A stretch of DNA of 64,000 nt, taken from contig JAVLKG010000004.1 in NCBI GenBank assembly GCA_032128875.1, positions 1 to 64,000 on the forward strand. Reading direction: 5' to 3'. Positions within the stretch are counted from its first letter, which is position 1. Each line of letters starts with the position of its first letter. This DNA comes from Candidatus Melainabacteria bacterium 17Bon1m. Its GTDB lineage: Bacteria > Cyanobacteriota > Vampirovibrionia > Obscuribacterales > Obscuribacteraceae. Positions 29,067-38,556 of this stretch are shown here, piece by piece. The notes beneath the pieces were generated by a model. The model had not been told where the DNA came from and ran no database searches. It was given only the letters and a program-made list of their open reading frames with translations. Both the position numbers and the translations under genes were made by a program.

Positions 29067-29861
29067 ATGGCAAAAATTCAAAACTCACCAGAGCTAAGCG
29101 AGATCAAGGAACTTGCGTTTGCAAGGGAGACGCGTAGATGCGACGTTGAGTTGATGCTGCTTGCGTTGGCGCAAATGGATGATTCAGTGGCGGCCGGTCT
29201 TTTGAGAGATAGTGGATTTGAACCCGCTGTCGCAAAAGAGCGGATCGATGCAATGATGTTGCAACGCCACGAGCCACCATACAGCAATGGTTACTTTATC
29301 CTTGGCACAGTTGCACGCAGAGTGGCTCATACTTTTCATTCAAAGTGCATAAATTCGGAGCACTTGTTGTTTGCGCTTCTTTGTAGACATCGAGACGGTG
29401 CATATAGTCTACTTGGAGAGCTTGGAGTTAACCGTGAGCGGCTTAGGAACAAAGTCATTGCGATTTTAGAAGAGCGTATGCATGAAGAAATCAGAGACCG
29501 TCTGATTGAAAAGCAAAACGACATCAGATTTGTTCTTGCCCAGTATGGTGCACAGAATGTACGAATTTGTGGATCCGGCGAAAGCGAGTCGGCCTCGGAA
29601 CCAGACGTTGATGTAATTATTGTCTTTGAAAGGCAAGGAAATGTGCCCCCGGTATTGGTATGTCATCGGAATAGTTATCTGCGAAGAATGAAGGGGCAAA
29701 ATAGTTGGGACCGTAGCGGTTATTTGTTGTGTAATTGCTTGCGCAAGGTCATAGGCTACCCGGTCAATGTGGCGTGGGAAAGCGCTGTGAAAAACTTCTA
29801 TCCAAAAACATACAAGCGAACGCTCGCGACGCACAATTGGAGTTCCGAGAATCCGTTCTAG
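29067..29861 (+). CDS. Clp N-terminal domain fused to a minimal nucleotidyltransferase-like domain
   Basis: ClpN motifs (ELMLLAL, INSEHLLFALL...LLGELGV), then YGAQNVRICGS...DVDVII. Confidence 0.65.
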   Translation: MAKIQNSPELSEIKELAFARETRRCDVELMLLALAQMDDSVAAGLLRDSGFEPAVAKERIDAMMLQRHEPPYSNGYFILGTVARRVAHTFHSKCINSEHLLFALLCRHRDGAYSLLGELGVNRERLRNKVIAILEERMHEEIRDRLIEKQNDIRFVLAQYGAQNVRICGSGESESASEPDVDVIIVFERQGNVPPVLVCHRNSYLRRMKGQNSWDRSGYLLCNCLRKVIGYPVNVAWESAVKNFYPKTYKRTLATHNWSSENPF

Positions 29862-29935
29862 AGATGGTTTGAAAAATTCTGAGGAATTCGTCCTAAAGTT
29901 TCAGTAGCAATGATTGTGTTCGAGCTTATGAGGAA

Positions 29936-30634
29936 TTGAGATCAATGACGAAAAATGTGGCGGCACCACGACGTATTTCAATGAAAAAGCTCCATGGCGA
30001 TCCAGATGCTTTGATAATGACGAGACTAAGCTGGGCTCTGAATGACATGAGCAAAGTCCAGTATTTGCATGAACTGAGGTCAGATAACACCCCGCTCTCC
30101 GAAAAGCAAAAGTCATTGAATTACTTCACAGGCAGTTATCTATCGATGCTTCTTATTTCTCATTTAGTCGAAGGCGTGACCATTTTAAACGACATACAAG
30201 ATTCGAAAACACTTCAGGAACTGATTGCGGGCAACAGCCATTTGGAAAAGTTATGGACTGGTGCAAAGCGACTACTTCCTAAGGGCGATTTGTCTACAAT
30301 TGTCAAGATTTATGCAAGGCTGCGCGGTAACATCGTCTTTCATTATTCAGAAGGTGCAGAGTTGAAGAAGGGTTTTGATAAAAGCCTAGAAGACCAACCG
30401 CATTGGGCCAGCGAATACTATACGGCAACAAGCGAAGAGCCAACTGCGTATTATAAATTCGGCGACGATTTATTGGATGCCTGTTTTCTTAGGGCCTATC
30501 AAGAAGATTATCCAGGCGAAACCTATCAACAGTTGGCTGAAAAGCTTGCGCTTCAGAGAGATGAGATCTTGAGCCTATTTTGTCAATTTGGCTGTGCACT
30601 CTCTGAGATTTATCTTTCTCATTTTGAATGTTAA
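29936..30634 (+). CDS. HEPN-like (AbiU2-type) protein
   Basis: Helical ORF with RGNIVFHY. Confidence 0.55.
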   Translation: MRSMTKNVAAPRRISMKKLHGDPDALIMTRLSWALNDMSKVQYLHELRSDNTPLSEKQKSLNYFTGSYLSMLLISHLVEGVTILNDIQDSKTLQELIAGNSHLEKLWTGAKRLLPKGDLSTIVKIYARLRGNIVFHYSEGAELKKGFDKSLEDQPHWASEYYTATSEEPTAYYKFGDDLLDACFLRAYQEDYPGETYQQLAEKLALQRDEILSLFCQFGCALSEIYLSHFEC

Positions 30635-30711
30635 AGCATTGATACGCATGCTACATGCAATGTCCAATTGGCTCCAGCAAAATGTATGCTGCGAGCGCTA
30701 AAGAGCAAAAC

Positions 30712-31800
30712 TCACAGAAACATTTCCTGCGGATCAAGTTGCCTGCTCAAGCTCAGGAGATACTTGGAGAAACTCTCCCGAACAATTTCCACCTCACCGC
30801 GCGAACATTGTGTGTGCAATTTCTCGCAAAACCTTCTATAGGATTCAAACGAGAGGAATTGCTCCAAATTAGTGCTGAGAAAGTCTGGAAACTCTGACGT
30901 AAGCGATTTCAGATAAAGGTCCCACTCCGTGTTGGAAGCTTCATAGAGTAAGTCAAAGCGATCATCATAAGTGCAGGCATCGACTGCTTTCCAAATTTCG
31001 CCCAGCTTCTCCTGTAAATCTTTGGCGATGTCTAATTCTACTTCGTAGTCGTTTGCAATGCTCACCAGAAGCATTGTAAAGAATCCGAGAGCTTCTTCTA
31101 AAGCACGTTCGTTAGTTAGTACTTTGTAAATGACCGTCTCTTCAAAAGTACATCTCTCATCTTGTTTGAAAAGAAGCAATAGGAGAGTATAAGTTTCCGC
31201 GATTCGTTCTTCCGAAAAGGAAGTCAAATAATAGTCGCGATTATCACCTGCTGCTTCAACAATCTGTTTCAAGATTGAGCGGCTACCCATCTGAATGCGT
31301 TGCTTGGTCTCATCTCCAAAGTTGAGATCGAGCATTCCCCATAGATCGAAAAAGAAGTCAGAACTCAACAGAAAAACGAAGTTGTCTGTCAAGGAGCCAT
31401 TGATTTTCAACGGTCTCTCTTTCCACGGCTTTCTATGTGTTAATTCCAGGCGAGTCCATATTCTATTGGAAATCTCTGCCTTCCATTCCGGTGGCAGTAT
31501 ATGGTGAAATCGCCCATCCCGCCCTCTGAGGTCTTCTATGCGATCAATGAAGGCGTCTCTGTGATTTTTGTGCAATTCCTTCATTGGTCCATTGGCTAGC
31601 TGTGATGAGACACGAGTGGAAAATGGTCCGACGTATGCGGCTTGAATGAAGATCCACAGATCCTCAGGATGATCTGATAATGCCGAAACCTTTTCAATCG
31701 ACCACTTATTCTTTTCATATTTACGGGAGTTGACGTCAGCTGTGATCGCTGTACGCCAGGCTTCTATCAAAGTATCTAGTTCTCTCTCTTCCATCATCAC
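30712..31800 (-). CDS. Hypothetical protein with DUF6869-like N-terminus
   Basis: HPEDLW...LANGPMKEL...FIDRIE. Confidence 0.55.
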   Translation of the reverse strand: MMMEERELDTLIEAWRTAITADVNSRKYEKNKWSIEKVSALSDHPEDLWIFIQAAYVGPFSTRVSSQLANGPMKELHKNHRDAFIDRIEDLRGRDGRFHHILPPEWKAEISNRIWTRLELTHRKPWKERPLKINGSLTDNFVFLLSSDFFFDLWGMLDLNFGDETKQRIQMGSRSILKQIVEAAGDNRDYYLTSFSEERIAETYTLLLLLFKQDERCTFEETVIYKVLTNERALEEALGFFTMLLVSIANDYEVELDIAKDLQEKLGEIWKAVDACTYDDRFDLLYEASNTEWDLYLKSLTSEFPDFLSTNLEQFLSFESYRRFCEKLHTQCSRGEVEIVRESFSKYLLSLSRQLDPQEMFL

Positions 31801-31858
31801 TTCCTGCGTAGCTGTCGCAAGCGCCGTCCAAAACCAATGCAGATAACCTCAGCTGTCT

Positions 31859-32734
31859 TTACCATTGAAGTGCCTCGGCGGTCGGCGCCATTTCTTTGAA
31901 TGTCGAGTCTCTAAAATCGTAGAGTAAGCGCGCCTTTTCTATTTCATACGGCGGTTCATTCTTCGAATTCGGAGTACATCTGAAAATTTGTCCCTCTCGC
32001 GCAAAGAGCAAATCACCGGATTTATCGACGTTTGCCCAATCGAAACGACCTAGAAAAGAGTCATCGCCCGTTTTGCTCTCGTGGAGATAGTAGTCTGTCG
32101 TAGTGGCACTTCCGCCGTTTTCAACGAAACCTAGAATGCGCATTTCCAATTCATAACGACCAAGAGATTCAATTGGTTTGCGGTAGATTTGCGGTGATGC
32201 GAACTTCTGGTACCCACTAGAAATGCCCTTATCCACAAGAGACCACCCATCTAATGTGAGCGCTTTGTGTTCGTGAAACTCTTCATCCTTTGATAAGGGA
32301 ACTACTCTGATATGTCCAGGCAAGGGATTTTTTGGTCCCAAAATCCAGGAATGATAGGAGATCTTTATCTGTGATTCAGATGCAAAGTAACCGCCGCCGT
32401 CAGAGCATCCGCAAACTCTCCACAAATTTATAGCGGTCAAGAATGGTGGCTTGCTAACAATGAGAAAAGAGCCCTTATTCTCGCTTTTGTACTGGTGCTT
32501 TTCACCTATGTAAATGAGCTTTTCCCCATTTGGAGAAAGTGCCGCCATGCGCTCATAAATACGTCCCTTAAGCCATTGACCGGGCTCAAAGGTATCATTC
32601 CAGGTATCCCATCTATAAATCTGAACTAGCTTTGATGGACCCCGCCTAAAAACAACACCCCATGGCCCCTCACTTGCGAGCAGCGCATACAGCCTTACAG
32701 ATGGTTGCGGGTTAGCGACTTTTGCGGCGCCCAT
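31859..32734 (-). CDS. Hypothetical protein, beta-rich
   Basis: RBS GAGGAGG; VFRRGPSK...GQWLKGRIYER...LSPNG. Confidence 0.75.
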   Translation of the reverse strand: MGAAKVANPQPSVRLYALLASEGPWGVVFRRGPSKLVQIYRWDTWNDTFEPGQWLKGRIYERMAALSPNGEKLIYIGEKHQYKSENKGSFLIVSKPPFLTAINLWRVCGCSDGGGYFASESQIKISYHSWILGPKNPLPGHIRVVPLSKDEEFHEHKALTLDGWSLVDKGISSGYQKFASPQIYRKPIESLGRYELEMRILGFVENGGSATTTDYYLHESKTGDDSFLGRFDWANVDKSGDLLFAREGQIFRCTPNSKNEPPYEIEKARLLYDFRDSTFKEMAPTAEALQW

Positions 32735-32811
32735 TTTTTCACCTCCTCACCTTCCAGCTTACAAGAGCCCTGGTCGAAACATCAGAATGGATTGAACTTA
32801 TCCGCGTTGCG

Positions 32812-33364
32812 GGTTGATTTCGGCAGAATTTAGGTTCACCATTGAGACAAGCATTCGTTAGTAGCAATCCAGATTCGTGCAGGTACATCAATGCGCCATA
32901 TTGAAGAACCGACAGGTGCGCAAAAATTGCCAATGGGCACCTGTAAAAAAGCAATTTTGGAGATCAAAAGTGGCTCGTGATGCTGATTCATGACATGATT
33001 TTGGAAGGGAATGCCTTTAAGCTGCCACTGGGCCCGATTGATTCGTATTCGGCGCCCCTCTCCTTTTTTTTGAGCACCCCTATTAAGAGCCATGGGCGCA
33101 CCGATACGAGAAATCGGCGCCTTTGGCCTTTATCCTGCCTCCGGACCTACGGGCAAAGGCAAAAATGGATAATTATGGGGTACCTGCTCAAATTTTCGCT
33201 CCGAAATCATATGAGAAATCCCCCGCCCCCATCTGCCGCTCTGCCCGAATACCGTCGAGCATGGGTCCCGGAGTGAAGGTTGCCGGAGGCATCCGAAGGA
33301 CTCGACCTTCGCTCTGGGTGTTCGGCGGTAGGCTGTTTGCCCGGCAGAATTAGCGGGGGCTACC
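32812..33364 (+). repeat. Dispersed non-coding element, copy B2 (oriT-like core plus 140 nt branched hairpin)
   Basis: GGTTGATTTC to TTATGGGG is 361 bp; TATCCTGCC at 33131; hairpin 33220-33359. Confidence 0.85.
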
Positions 33365-33429
33365 TTTCGGATTTTGCGCCTGAGTTATGATGCATTTGGT
33401 GGGAAGCAAGGCGATTGGCTTTAGTGAGT

Positions 33430-35667
33430 ATGTTTCTAAAATCGTTAGTTCTGTCGCTTCTTGTTGCGTCTGCCAGTACTTCTGCGAGCGCGACTGATGC
33501 GAGTAACCTGCCATCTGAGCAGGCGACAGATTCACGAATCAAAGCGACGGCAAGAAGTGTTAACGACCTTTCATTGCGAATTATGCAGAGGCTAGTTTCA
33601 GAGAAAACTCCGCGCACGATTGTAATCTCTCCAATTGGTTTGGCGAACTGCTTGAATGCTGTTGCTCTCGGTGCGGGAGGAGATACTCGGAGCGAACTGC
33701 GAAAGGTGTTTTTGAATTCAGAGCTAAATGAGCAAGACTTTGGAACGCTTCAAAAATTTGTTTTGACACCGACAAATGGTGTTGATGTCTCATCTGCAAG
33801 TGCCATGGTGACAGCGAGGGATGTAAAGCTTAAGCCATTGTTTCTAAAGAGCTTTGAAAGCAGTTATGGGGGAACAGCTATCTCCGCTTCAAGCGCCGAG
33901 AATATTAACCAGCGACTCAACGATTGGATTCGAGTCAAAGCTCACGGCATGTTCGATGGTGCCTATCCCCCTATGAAGCCTCACGAGATTAGACTTCTGA
34001 ATGCACTCTACTTTAATGGCAAATGGATTGACCAGTTTGAAGGTAAGGCAACGAAGATCGAGAAGTTTTTTGAGACGGAAAGCTCTCCAATCTCGGTTGA
34101 GATGATGCACAAATCGCTTGAAATGGCGATGTTCTATGGAGAATCCGATGGTAGCCAAATTGTGCGGATGCCGTATGGACCTCCGCACTCAAACCCATTA
34201 ATGCCATTTGCAATGTATGTGGTTCTGCCAAGAAAAGGGCAGTCGCCAGAACAGCTGCTAAGCATGATCTCAGTAGAAAAACTTGAGAGCCAAATCTCTT
34301 CAATGCGTCCACGTGTTGGCGAGCTTTCATTACCGCGTTTTTCACTGCTTGCGAAAAACTCATTTAAGGAACCATTGGCGCAACTTGGCATACGACAAGC
34401 CTTTTCCGCTCCTAAAGCAAACTTTTCTGAAATTACTGACAGTAAACCTCTGTGGCTAGGTGATCTAAACCAAAACATCAGCCTCCTAGTAAACGAACAA
34501 GGAACAGAAGCTGCTGTTTTAACAGATGCGGTCTATTTCCTCGGACCAAATCCATCAAAGCGCTTTGAAATGAATGTGAATCGACCGTTCGTTTTTTTCG
34601 TAAGGGATGATCGAAGTGGAACAATCGTACTGCTTGGAGTTGTACATAAACCACTGATGGAACGCGCTGTCACGGAAGCGGCAGAAACGGAGTTGTTGCG
34701 AAATCTAGATGAGGACGAATCGAAGTGGGCTGTTCTCACTGGTGACGAAAAAAAGGAAGCACACTGGAAACTTGAGAGAGAATTGCGTGGGGCTCGCGAT
34801 TATTTCGTTTCCAAAAGCGACTTTCGGCAAGCAATCCAAATATCTAATCGGTTGATGCACATAGAAAAGCCACATTGCTCTGCACTTTATCAACACGCAT
34901 TCATCCAACTTGCGCTTGGAAATACGGCTGCCGCTGAGTCCACATTTAAAGACATTTTGAAACTCTATGCAGAGGCAAAGGGTAGCTTCGAAAAGACGCG
35001 ACCAGAATGGCTTGAGGCATTTGATAAATACGATGCGATGCTATCGAGCAAGAATCCGAAGGACCCTGAGCGCGCCCCAGTGTTGGCAGCTAAGGAGAGC
35101 TTCTTGATTCAGGACGTAAAGGACGATGTGTTCGTGAAGGAAGGGGTTGTTGGTGCATGGAGGCGTGATCTCTCAACCATCGGAGTTCCAGATGAAGTCA
35201 GCAAAATTACTTTCGATCAATTCATTGAGCGTTTTGACAAGGACACTGCATTGCTTTCAAAAGACATTGTTTCTTTACGTCTGGCGCTGAAGGAAGATAA
35301 GAGCGCGCTTCAATGGAAACCTAGTATGTGTCAGGGCGATCGCATATCCCGTCTTGGGCAATCTCAATCCGCTTTGGCACATTTCTACAGTGAACATGGA
35401 AGTGCCCATACAGCAATTCAGTTGTTTGAACTTTGTGTAATCAATAACATTGAAGATGATTATGTTGAAGGTGTGGAACGCGATCTATCAGACTTGATTG
35501 AAATTCTGAATGCGAACGGCTTCAAAAGTGAAGCGAAGATGGTTTCGCAGCGCCAGTCCCAATTGATGCCAATTGTGCATGAGTACTTGGAACTTCATCT
35601 TAAATGGGAAGAGCTCAAAAAAGAAGAGCAAAGGCGATGGCATGAAACTCCGCACACCAGCAATTAG
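33430..35667 (+). CDS. Secreted serpin with C-terminal TPR-like extension
   Basis: Signal peptide; VISP, LLNALYFNGKW, VNEQGTEAA hinge, VNRPFVFFVRD; about 335 aa helical tail. Confidence 0.88.
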   Translation: MFLKSLVLSLLVASASTSASATDASNLPSEQATDSRIKATARSVNDLSLRIMQRLVSEKTPRTIVISPIGLANCLNAVALGAGGDTRSELRKVFLNSELNEQDFGTLQKFVLTPTNGVDVSSASAMVTARDVKLKPLFLKSFESSYGGTAISASSAENINQRLNDWIRVKAHGMFDGAYPPMKPHEIRLLNALYFNGKWIDQFEGKATKIEKFFETESSPISVEMMHKSLEMAMFYGESDGSQIVRMPYGPPHSNPLMPFAMYVVLPRKGQSPEQLLSMISVEKLESQISSMRPRVGELSLPRFSLLAKNSFKEPLAQLGIRQAFSAPKANFSEITDSKPLWLGDLNQNISLLVNEQGTEAAVLTDAVYFLGPNPSKRFEMNVNRPFVFFVRDDRSGTIVLLGVVHKPLMERAVTEAAETELLRNLDEDESKWAVLTGDEKKEAHWKLERELRGARDYFVSKSDFRQAIQISNRLMHIEKPHCSALYQHAFIQLALGNTAAAESTFKDILKLYAEAKGSFEKTRPEWLEAFDKYDAMLSSKNPKDPERAPVLAAKESFLIQDVKDDVFVKEGVVGAWRRDLSTIGVPDEVSKITFDQFIERFDKDTALLSKDIVSLRLALKEDKSALQWKPSMCQGDRISRLGQSQSALAHFYSEHGSAHTAIQLFELCVINNIEDDYVEGVERDLSDLIEILNANGFKSEAKMVSQRQSQLMPIVHEYLELHLKWEELKKEEQRRWHETPHTSN

Positions 35668-36436
35668 TACGGCACTGATTCTCTTTTGCACATTTGCAAC
35701 TCCCAGTGTTGTGCTTGCAGGAGAAACTTCTTCAACTGGCAACCAGATTCATCGGTTGCCTCAAAAAAAGGATGGCTCTGAGATCGAATGGTACCAGGCG
35801 GTCCAGTCATTCCTGAAGTACAAGGATTGTTCCGTTGACGATTGGAAGATGTTTCTCTCTGACTTTGGATGTGAGATAAACGAATATAATCCTGAAAGGA
35901 GAGAACTTTACCTGGAACTCGCTCTAAGAATCCTTAGCAAGACAGGATTTCGTTTTGGCGCGCATAGCATGGAAAGCAGAATGGCTCACTTGAATTATGC
36001 CAGTGCGTTAGCTTTGTCAGAGCAATGCCGAAAGGCTTGGGATGAGTACGATGCAGTTGCTCCCGATCTCAAAGTGGAAAATGTAGATTATCTTGTTGCA
36101 TCACTGTGTTCATTAGGCCTTGCGTTTCGAGCAAATTGCCGAAGTAGTGACGTGATCTATGCATTCCGGCTTGGCGATGAGATCATTAGCAGCAGTAAGG
36201 TGACTGAGGATGTTCAAGCGAGGTTTTACAATTCCGCAAGCGAGGCGGTTTACGTCTCAGATCGTTGTAAGGACGATAACATCAAGCCTTTTTATAGGTA
36301 TGCAGAGAAAGCGATTCAACTCGATGAAAAGCTAGGCAAAGCATACTTCAATCAACTGAGAGAGGTCATACGGCTTAGGAACATTCAATTGCAAAGTGAC
36401 GAAGAACACCGAAAGTGGGCTGAAAAGCATAAGTAA
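35642..36436 (+). CDS. Secreted helical hypothetical protein
   Basis: Signal peptide MKLRTPAISTALILF...VLA; overlaps the serpin end. Confidence 0.65.
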   Translation: MKLRTPAISTALILFCTFATPSVVLAGETSSTGNQIHRLPQKKDGSEIEWYQAVQSFLKYKDCSVDDWKMFLSDFGCEINEYNPERRELYLELALRILSKTGFRFGAHSMESRMAHLNYASALALSEQCRKAWDEYDAVAPDLKVENVDYLVASLCSLGLAFRANCRSSDVIYAFRLGDEIISSSKVTEDVQARFYNSASEAVYVSDRCKDDNIKPFYRYAEKAIQLDEKLGKAYFNQLREVIRLRNIQLQSDEEHRKWAEKHK

Positions 36437-36510
36437 TGGAAAAGCTGAAACTCTTTCCGATCTCAGTGAGAGATACGACAATGAGGGAACGGAGACAATT
36501 GTAATTTCGT

Positions 36511-37209
36511 TCATTCGCCTTTGGGTGGTAGGGGTGGAGGTTCTTTTGGTGTAAGTCTAGCTACGTTTAAAAATTCCTTTTCGCAGGCTTGTAAAATTGG
36601 TTCAAACACTTCTGCATCGGTATGAGAGCCAGTATTAAAATCATAGACCAGCAGTCGTATCAAACTCTCAATTGTTGGGCGCGCGATTGGAAAGTGAACC
36701 CTCTCCATGTCCTTTGGCCGTGTTGCAGAACCGTTCTTCCAAACTCCGTTTACATGCAAATGTGACTGAGGATAATGTGTTTTTGGAACTCGATTCATTT
36801 CTATTCTGAAAAATTGATCTATTCCGAGATTATCGCTTTGGTAAACCATTCTGGAAGATTCAGTTTTTAGATAGCTGTGGTCTGATTTGTCCAGAAAAAG
36901 GCTGTATTGAAGGTCCAGAAAAAATCCATTCTTCAGTTTCAAGCAAGAGTAGATTTCGCTCCCTTCCGCGGCAGCTTCGAATTCACTACTGTTTCTACGA
37001 TGTGGAGCAATTACAAATGAATCAGTCCAATTGACAGAATGAATCGTCAGAAATGCCTTTGCATCCAAAACAGTATTGCCCAGCAAAAGCATGAGCAGTT
37101 CGTGAAAACTGTAAATGGCATTTTCCCCACCTTGGAGTGTCTCTCGGGTGAGCCTTATTGCTTGTGACTTAAATTCTTCAGGCTGCAACGCTTTCGGTGC
37201 AAATTCCAA
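36511..37209 (-). CDS. Hypothetical protein, candidate toxin (His-rich motif)
   Basis: HYPQSHLHV...HFPIARPTIE; overlaps the small upstream ORF. Confidence 0.6.
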   Translation of the reverse strand: MEFAPKALQPEEFKSQAIRLTRETLQGGENAIYSFHELLMLLLGNTVLDAKAFLTIHSVNWTDSFVIAPHRRNSSEFEAAAEGSEIYSCLKLKNGFFLDLQYSLFLDKSDHSYLKTESSRMVYQSDNLGIDQFFRIEMNRVPKTHYPQSHLHVNGVWKNGSATRPKDMERVHFPIARPTIESLIRLLVYDFNTGSHTDAEVFEPILQACEKEFLNVARLTPKEPPPLPPKGE

Positions 37210-37378
37210 TCAGCTTAAGAAGTCCGATAATGTCACTGTCCTTGCAGCGATCAACTTCGTTTTCTTTCAGCTTTTGAATGTAACTGTCAAAAGCTATGCC
37301 GTAACGCTTGTAGGCCAAAACAGTCACGATTTCAGTGACTTCTTCTTTTGTCCATTGATGTTTTGCGACTTCTGCCAT
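37178..37378 (-). CDS. Small protein, candidate antitoxin
   Basis: 66 aa (KRYGIAFDSYI); lies directly downstream of a consensus promoter. Confidence 0.55.
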   Translation of the reverse strand: MAEVAKHQWTKEEVTEIVTVLAYKRYGIAFDSYIQKLKENEVDRCKDSDIIGLLKLIGICTESVAA

Positions 37379-37402
37379 AGCTAGATCCTTCAAGTATTTC
37401 TC

Positions 37403-37431
37403 ATTGTACTTCGCCGCCTTTCCCTTTGCAA
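37403..37431 (-). promoter_or_regulatory. Sigma70-type promoter
   Basis: TTGCAA-17 nt-TACAAT on the minus strand. Confidence 0.65.
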
Positions 37432-37479
37432 CAGGATGTTAAGCGAACTGATTAAATCCAGCATTGCGCCTAGGAAAGC

Positions 37480-38550
37480 CTATGTGATTTCACTTGAATC
37501 CTGATCATTGCCCCAGAAAAGGAAATATTTCGGCTCGTATGATTCCTGAAAGAGCTTGTTGATACCATCTGCGAACGGTCCCGATGCTTGAAGTCGAGGG
37601 GTATTCCGCTTCCTCCAACTCGGGTTTTTTGCAAGTAGTTCTCTTGCCCAGTCGAACTCATTTGTTGGTGAGTACAGATAGCGGTTTGAATGATAAAGGT
37701 GCATCCGATTGAAGTAGTCCACACCCTCCTCTCTAAGGCGCATGCACTTTCCGTCGATTTTTTCAAATTCTCGAAAGAAAGATCTTTCGAGGAGGGATAA
37801 GTGAACATTCGGCGACAAGTTAATCATCAATTGAGATCCCTTGGAGAGAATGCCTTGCCCTCCATTCTCATCTTCTGCTCGCGGTACAAACAAGACAGGT
37901 GTGTCGCAGGTGATAAGTTTCCTGCTGTTGGTTGCACTGAACATCCAAACAAATTTATGGAGTTCAGGACCCGCAGCAATTCCTGAATTGAACGTAGACA
38001 AAACATGATGGCCTGCTTTAGCCTCTTTGCTGAGCTGTACATCAAAATCTTGTTCATCAGTGATCTCAACACCATTAGCTTGCAGCTCAGCAATGTACTG
38101 TGCTTTGAGCGATGCTCTAGCAAATGCGATTGATTCTTCCTTCTTGTCTGGAGTCCTTAGATACTGAACGGCTAGAAAGAAACCGAGTTTGATGCGCTCT
38201 TTTTTGTGTAACAGTCGCTCAGACGTGTATGGCAAAGTCTTTTTTCCAATAAATGCATTGACTTTACTTATGAGCATGTCGATAATCGGCTGTCCAAGGT
38301 CTTCTACTTCCTTAAAAGCTCTTTCGCTAATCTGATAGTTCTCTGGCTTACTGGGATCTCTGTCGACGCTTTTCATGTCGTAGAAATACTGAACACACGC
38401 AGTCTTGCTGATAGCGTTTTCAAAACTTCGATCATCCCATTTGTCAAAGACAAAAATTTTCCCCGGTTTGCTTGAAAATCTTTCCAAGCTTTTTTGAGGA
38501 ACAAAGTGTTGCTTTTTTGCTGTCTGTGGCAAAGGAGAATTTTGAAGCAT
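37480..38550 (-). CDS. DUF4238-domain protein
   Basis: KKQHFVPQ...F, FLAVQYLRTP, LITCDTPV. Confidence 0.8.
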   Translation of the reverse strand: MLQNSPLPQTAKKQHFVPQKSLERFSSKPGKIFVFDKWDDRSFENAISKTACVQYFYDMKSVDRDPSKPENYQISERAFKEVEDLGQPIIDMLISKVNAFIGKKTLPYTSERLLHKKERIKLGFFLAVQYLRTPDKKEESIAFARASLKAQYIAELQANGVEITDEQDFDVQLSKEAKAGHHVLSTFNSGIAAGPELHKFVWMFSATNSRKLITCDTPVLFVPRAEDENGGQGILSKGSQLMINLSPNVHLSLLERSFFREFEKIDGKCMRLREEGVDYFNRMHLYHSNRYLYSPTNEFDWARELLAKNPSWRKRNTPRLQASGPFADGINKLFQESYEPKYFLFWGNDQDSSEIT

Positions 38551-38556
38551 TTGAGA

